A stretch of 41,318 nucleotides of DNA from Folioceros fuciformis. Lineage: Eukaryota. How positions within the stretch are numbered: the stretch's first letter is position 1; each line of letters opens with the position of its first letter. Below, piece by piece: positions 36,273 to 41,318 of the stretch. Position numbers and translations under genes: made by a program. The stretch is from NCBI GenBank assembly GCA_049999805.1, contig JBNGIO010005421.1, forward strand, positions 1 through 41,318. The letters are read 5' to 3'. The notes below the pieces were generated by a model, which was not told the DNA's origin, did no database searches, and was given only the letters and a program-made list of their open reading frames with translations.

Positions 36273-36346
36273 GCCTTGCTTAACATACGATCATGAACTC
36301 GTAAATGATTGCCTTGCTTAACATACGATCATGAACTCGTAAATGA
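36273..36346. repeat. 38-bp direct tandem duplication
   Basis: GCCTTGCTTAACATACGATCATGAACTCGTAAATGA occurs twice. Confidence 0.93.
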
Positions 36347-37094
36347 ATCTCTCTCCATATCGACAGAGCCCCATTGATCAGTGGAGCATGATGTGTGACG
36401 ATGATTATAGGATGATGTACGACGATTTAATTCAAGCAGGTTCATGGAGAAATATTTCCTCATGCTTCATAACTTGCGCCGTTCCGCGTGCTTGCACTGC
36501 CACAACTGTGTGCTGCTCATAGGCTGGATCCTCGAGGACGCCATTTAGCAGGGAAGTATTAGACTGTCTGTGCAGCATCCTCGGCTAGGTCACCGGCAAG
36601 ATATCTATGTACGTGTACGTAGCAGGGAAACCTTTATATGTATATCAGACTGGAGTCCGAGCAGCTCGATGTGACAGCACCGCAGACACGATAGAACTGG
36701 TACCTATCTACAGTTGACGAGCAGTAGCTTGAAAGGCGTGTTAAGCATGAGCTAAGACGAGTACTGTACTTCTCTGTTTCCTTAAGATGGTGCACCTGGT
36801 TCTAATGCTCCGTTGGATTGTGGGCTTGGCGGGTCGATTCTGCTGTTGCTTACCCCTTGAAGACGATGCTCAATCTGATCAGTGGTACTCTTAGACCCTT
36901 GGCTGTGTACATCAAAGCAGCGACTGATGGTTACGTGCTGGCAGCAGCCACTCAGAGGTGTGGATGTCTCTGGCCGTCATCCTTTGACCATCAGAATTAT
37001 CTTCAAGACTGGATGTCTGCTGGATGTACCGGGCCTCAAGGCTGTAACTGCTCGATGTATTCTGGGTTCCTGAGACCGCCAATTTGCATCCAGG

Positions 37095-39593
37095 ATGAAG
37101 TGGTTTTGTTGGGTTGTTCTGGTCTTGGCATACCAGATTATCCCACCGCATTGGAGAATCGATGCACAGGATGATCTGGTTCCCACCTGCTACACTCAAG
37201 GAGCCAAAAATGCGACTTTGGATTTCTACTGGATCGCAAAAGAGGGAACCGAAGACGCCCAATCCTACTGGGCACCCCGTCTCCACCTGGGATCAGGGCC
37301 GAAAAACAACACTCTCGTGGCTGACGACGGCTCTTTGATTGCGATGGTAGACACAGCCACTGAAGGCAGGTGCTTGGACTTGGGTACTTGCCTTCTTGAT
37401 AATGGGCAACTCATCAACCTTGGCTTCACCTCTAGTACCTTCCGGTTTCTGGACAAGACAAATTTCCCTTTCGGCATCGGCTTCTGGAGCAATCCTCTTG
37501 TGCCATTCGTTAGTGTGGGAAATCAATTGCCGTTCCATACGACTCTGTGTATCAAGGAGCTGGAAAACTGGAAGCTTCCCAACAACAAGACGCACAATGG
37601 ATGCGTTCGTGTAGACGACTACAGTGGAAACGACATGTCTGAAGCCTGTCATGTGACGTTCTTTGTGCTGGAGTTTGCTTTCTTCGATCGGATGCTGGCT
37701 GCCAACCTCCCGACAAAAGTCACTGCAAGTATCTGTCGTTGCAAGATCCTGGACTACACAACCCAAGACATGTATGCGTTTGTGGATGGTAAACGTGAAG
37801 CTTCTACCTTTTGCACACACAACCTGTTTGAGCAGGTTGGAGACGTGCATTCAAGGAACAATTCTCTGTGACGGGGATCATGATGTTTTTGGATGTGCGG
37901 ACGTTTTTGTCTTGCAGTTGGTCCACCTTCGAAAGGATCATCACACGTAATAGTGTGGGTGGGCGTTGCATTGGGTGTTGTACTTTTGCTGGCTATGGTG
38001 GGCCTCCTGGGCTTCTGTTGCCTGAAGACGAAGTGCTGTCACGAGCAGATCGAGCACCTCTCATTGATGTCGGGCCGTAGAGATGTGGAAGGTGAAGACG
38101 AGAAGCACCTTACTTGTAACCATCTGGAGTAACAAGAATACTTTGTGCTCGTCAGATTCATCTCCAAAGTATGGCTACCTGGCAGGACCGGAGGATGCGT
38201 CCGTTTCCTCAGCTCACAAAGACCTCGGAGCCGGTCTCCAAATGTTTTCCCTCAGCTCTATGCAGTTAGCTACAGCGAGATTCAATGTTCGAAACAAGCT
38301 GGGCGAAGGAGGCTTTGGTGTTGTATACAAGGTGCGTAAAGAGTTGCAGCAATGACATCGGGCTCAAGCAGCATTCCTAACTACATGTCTATGTTGGGGG
38401 GTTGTTCTTCTCCTTGGCAGGGAGTTTTGCCGGATGGGACAGAAGTGGCAGTGAAGCAAATGGCAAAGACCGGTTCCTCAAGGCAAGGAACACCCGAGTT
38501 CATGAATGAGGTGGCTCTAATCGGACAGTCACAGCATAGGAACTTGGTGAGGCTTTACGGGTACTGTCTAGAAGGTGAAGAGAGGCTGTTGGTGTACGAA
38601 TTCATGGAAAAGGGAAACCTCCATCAAGCACTTTTTGGTACCCTTAAAAGCTGCATAGCTTCATTCATCGACACAAGTCATGGAGCTGTTCCTTCTCTTA
38701 AGCATGATAAGCTGAGATTTTCTATTATCTGCAGAGCAGGAGCGGCTTCCGCTCTCCTGGAAGGCTCGTTTCAACATCATTCTGGGAACTGCCAAAGGTC
38801 TGGCCTACCTTCATCAAAGCCAAAGAAGGATAGTCCATCGTGATATCAAGGCCAGCAATGTGCTCCTAGACAAACATCTGCAGCCAAAAATATCTGATTT
38901 CGGGCTTGCCAAGTTCTTTCTGGAAGAAAAAAGTCATGTCAGTACCAGGGTTGCCGGCACCGTGTAAGCAATGCACCTCTCTTAAGCATCACATAGTTAC
39001 TGAACTGGATCTTGAAAGGTCCCTCTTCACCACTTGGTGTTGGTTGATGCCGTGTGCACTCAGAGGCTACCTTGCACCTGAATACGCCTTGACGGGGCAG
39101 CTCACAGAGAAAGCAGACATCTTCAGCTTTGGAGTGCTGGTTTTGGAAGTGGTCAGTGGTCGAAGAAACTTGGATTTCAGAAACACCAATGCACCAGTGT
39201 TTCTGCTTGAATGGGTAGAATTCCAGATATAACCCAGAACCCATACACAATGCACTCAATATTCATCCCGCATCGAAACACTAACAAGCCCTGAACCTGC
39301 AGGCATGGGACAGGTACGAAGAAGGTGAACCTCAAGACACCCTCGACCCCAGGATTAAGGACGACCCTGAAGCTGCACCCGAGGAAGTCTTCAAGTTGGT
39401 GCATATTGCTCTTCTCTGTGCACAAGGAACACCCCAGAGGCGGCCCAGCATCAAAGAAGTCATTTCTATGTTGGAGGGCCACACTGAATGTACCTCAGAG
39501 CCATCCAGGCCTGAATTTCTGAAAAACACTTCTTCCATCCTGCAGTCCAGTAGTTTCGTGGAAGGTTGGCAGTTTTTGCAACCTCGTACATAA
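37095..39593 (+). CDS. Receptor-like kinase with a 3D/MltA-like ectodomain (643 aa; exons 37095-37788, 37918-38091, 38156-38331, 38421-38637, 38735-38963, 39064-39214, 39303-39593)
   Basis: Signal peptide; ~200-aa Cys-containing ectodomain; TM ([25 protein letters not shown]); kinase motifs [33 protein letters not shown]. All six introns are GT-AG and the summed CDS (1932 nt) is in frame. Confidence 0.92.
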
Positions 39594-39713
39594 GTACAGA
39601 TCGGAATGCTGGCTGTGAATCCAGTCCTAGAACGATGTGCACCAACATCCGGAACAGTCTCATTGTTCCCTGTGTACAAGTCGTAAGCTAAGCCCAGTCG
39701 GTTCATTTTTATA

Positions 39714-39927
39714 GCTTCAAGCAACACAAGAGTTCCAAGCTTTAAGCAACACAAGAGTTCCAAGCTTCAAGCAACACAAGAGCTCCAAGCTTCAAGCAAC
39801 ACAAGAGCTCCAAGCTTCAAGCAACACAAGAGTTCCAAGCTTCAAGCAAAACAAGAGCTCCAAGCTTCAAGCAACACAAGAGTTCCAAGCTTCAAGCAAA
39901 ACAAGAGCTCCAAGCTTCAAGCAACAC
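39714..39927. repeat. 25-bp minisatellite (GCTTCAAGCAACACAAGAG[T/C]TCCAA) x~8.5
   Basis: Read directly; starts about 120 nt after the RLK stop codon. Confidence 0.96.
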
Positions 39928-40159
39928 CAGGCCATGAAACAAAAGGCACAGCAACCATCCCGTCTACAAAGATGGGTGCTGTTCCTTCCACATTTCATCA
40001 ACATATATTATTTAAAAATCATTAATTAATACTTTTAATCTAATGCTTAAGAATCTCCATGTTGTAAAGAATTTTCCATCTCATATGCATGCGAGCAGCT
40101 CTCTCTCAAGAGATCCTTCTTGATTCAAGTTAAAGCCTCATATCATCCTCCACCTCTCC

Positions 40160-40630
40160 ATGGCGAGATTACAAACTATGTTTATCTTGATGTTGTTTCA
40201 CACTTTAGTCCATTGTAAGCAATCTTCCGAAACACAAACCATACATCTTGTCGACTTCAATTCATGGATGCTAATGGAGCAAGACTGTGGATACAACACA
40301 AATGTATTCTCACCAGAGGACCCAATACTCCGTCAACTTCCACTTATGCTAATAAAGTTAGCTTTGCGAGGAGCAGACAAAGCTGTGAGGTTGAAGAGAA
40401 ACTACTATATGACAGAATATGCACTTATGGGAGTGGAATCTAGCTTATTTTGGGGCATGGCTGGGTGTGAGAATAATCCGCCTTTCGAAAAATGCCTTAA
40501 TTGTCTTCTCTATGTTTCAAGCGCCATTCAGAATGCTTGCCCAATGGCAAAAGAAGCTCATTATGTGGTGTTTGATTGTCATATTTATTATTCTTTTTTA
40601 TTGAAATGCTATCCTCCAAAAACTACATGA
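40160..40630 (+). CDS. Secreted single-DUF26 (Gnk2-like / stress-antifungal) protein
   Basis: Signal peptide; C-X8-C-X2-C motif (CENNPPFEKCLNC) followed by ACP...A.....DC..YYS. Confidence 0.82.
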   Translation: MARLQTMFILMLFHTLVHCKQSSETQTIHLVDFNSWMLMEQDCGYNTNVFSPEDPILRQLPLMLIKLALRGADKAVRLKRNYYMTEYALMGVESSLFWGMAGCENNPPFEKCLNCLLYVSSAIQNACPMAKEAHYVVFDCHIYYSFLLKCYPPKTT

Positions 40631-41318
40631 GAGATTGTAATCTATTAGATCATAAAATATTCATTAATCGTATCCTAAAGGTTATAGATGGCCTAACTTC
40701 TTAACCTAGGGTTATTTCTTTTCTTTTTTGCTTCCAAAATATTCAAAATTATGTACTAAATTTACATAATTCTAAGTTCATAGGTATTCATTCTATAAAT
40801 AAATTTAAAATATGGTATAAAATTTGAAATATGGCAACATCATTAATTGAGAGAGCATTTTTAAGCTTCATTTTTTATAATTTTTAATTATTAATTCTTA
40901 CATAAATTTATAAATTTATAGTAAGGTTCTAAGTATTCATTAGTTTGGATAATGTTCAAGCATGCATCAACTTTAGATCTTATTGAGTGTTTATTAATCT
41001 AGTTAATCAAAACTTATTATCATAGTATTAATTGAGAGATCCAAAATCATATAAATCAATCCCTAATTAAATTAATATAATATTATTTATTGGATAAATT
41101 ATTTTGATAAACTACCCTAAGAAAAAAAAACTATAAAGCATCTTTAAAATATATATTTTAATCTTGCTCATTAAGAAAATAGCCCCGATAAACCCTAAAC
41201 CCTTTTACTTGTCGCTCTTTTTAATTAATTCTCCTTTATCATAGCTTTCCAAATTTTTGGAGTCCCATAAGAAAGTAGTTTCTTGAATGAAAGACCTAGT
41301 GGCAAACTTTAAATCATG

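Noticed and set aside
32440-39927. Short repeat arrays (32440-33900, 39714-39927) as CRISPR arrays
   Set aside because: They are head-to-tail repeats without unique spacers, there are no cas genes, and the context is eukaryotic.

Overview
Compact, intron-containing land-plant nuclear DNA, most consistent with a bryophyte such as a hornwort (inferred from short GT-AG introns, high gene density and gene content; not provable from the sequence). Order along the window: a nested TE block (decayed ParB-like gene, Ty3/gypsy remnant, RT-less Ty1/copia element); a GT43 xylan synthase subunit; a KUP/HAK K+ transporter; a divergent LHC; a cluster of PPR and caspase remnants around one intact two-exon gene; a C2H2-DEDDh exonuclease; DAD1; an alpha/beta hydrolase; two satellites; two decayed copies of a secreted 3D/MltA-like gene; a 7-exon receptor kinase; and a single-DUF26 protein. 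Two features stand out. (1) The 1403-aa LRR-ROC-COR (TORNADO1-like ROCO) protein at 18042-22338 ends in a protease domain with animal-caspase-type (C14A) rather than metacaspase motifs. (2) The receptor kinase at 37095-39593 has a microbial-looking 3D/MltA-like ectodomain lacking the predicted catalytic Asp, next to decayed stand-alone copies of the same domain. All family assignments come from motif recognition by eye; no database searches were run.
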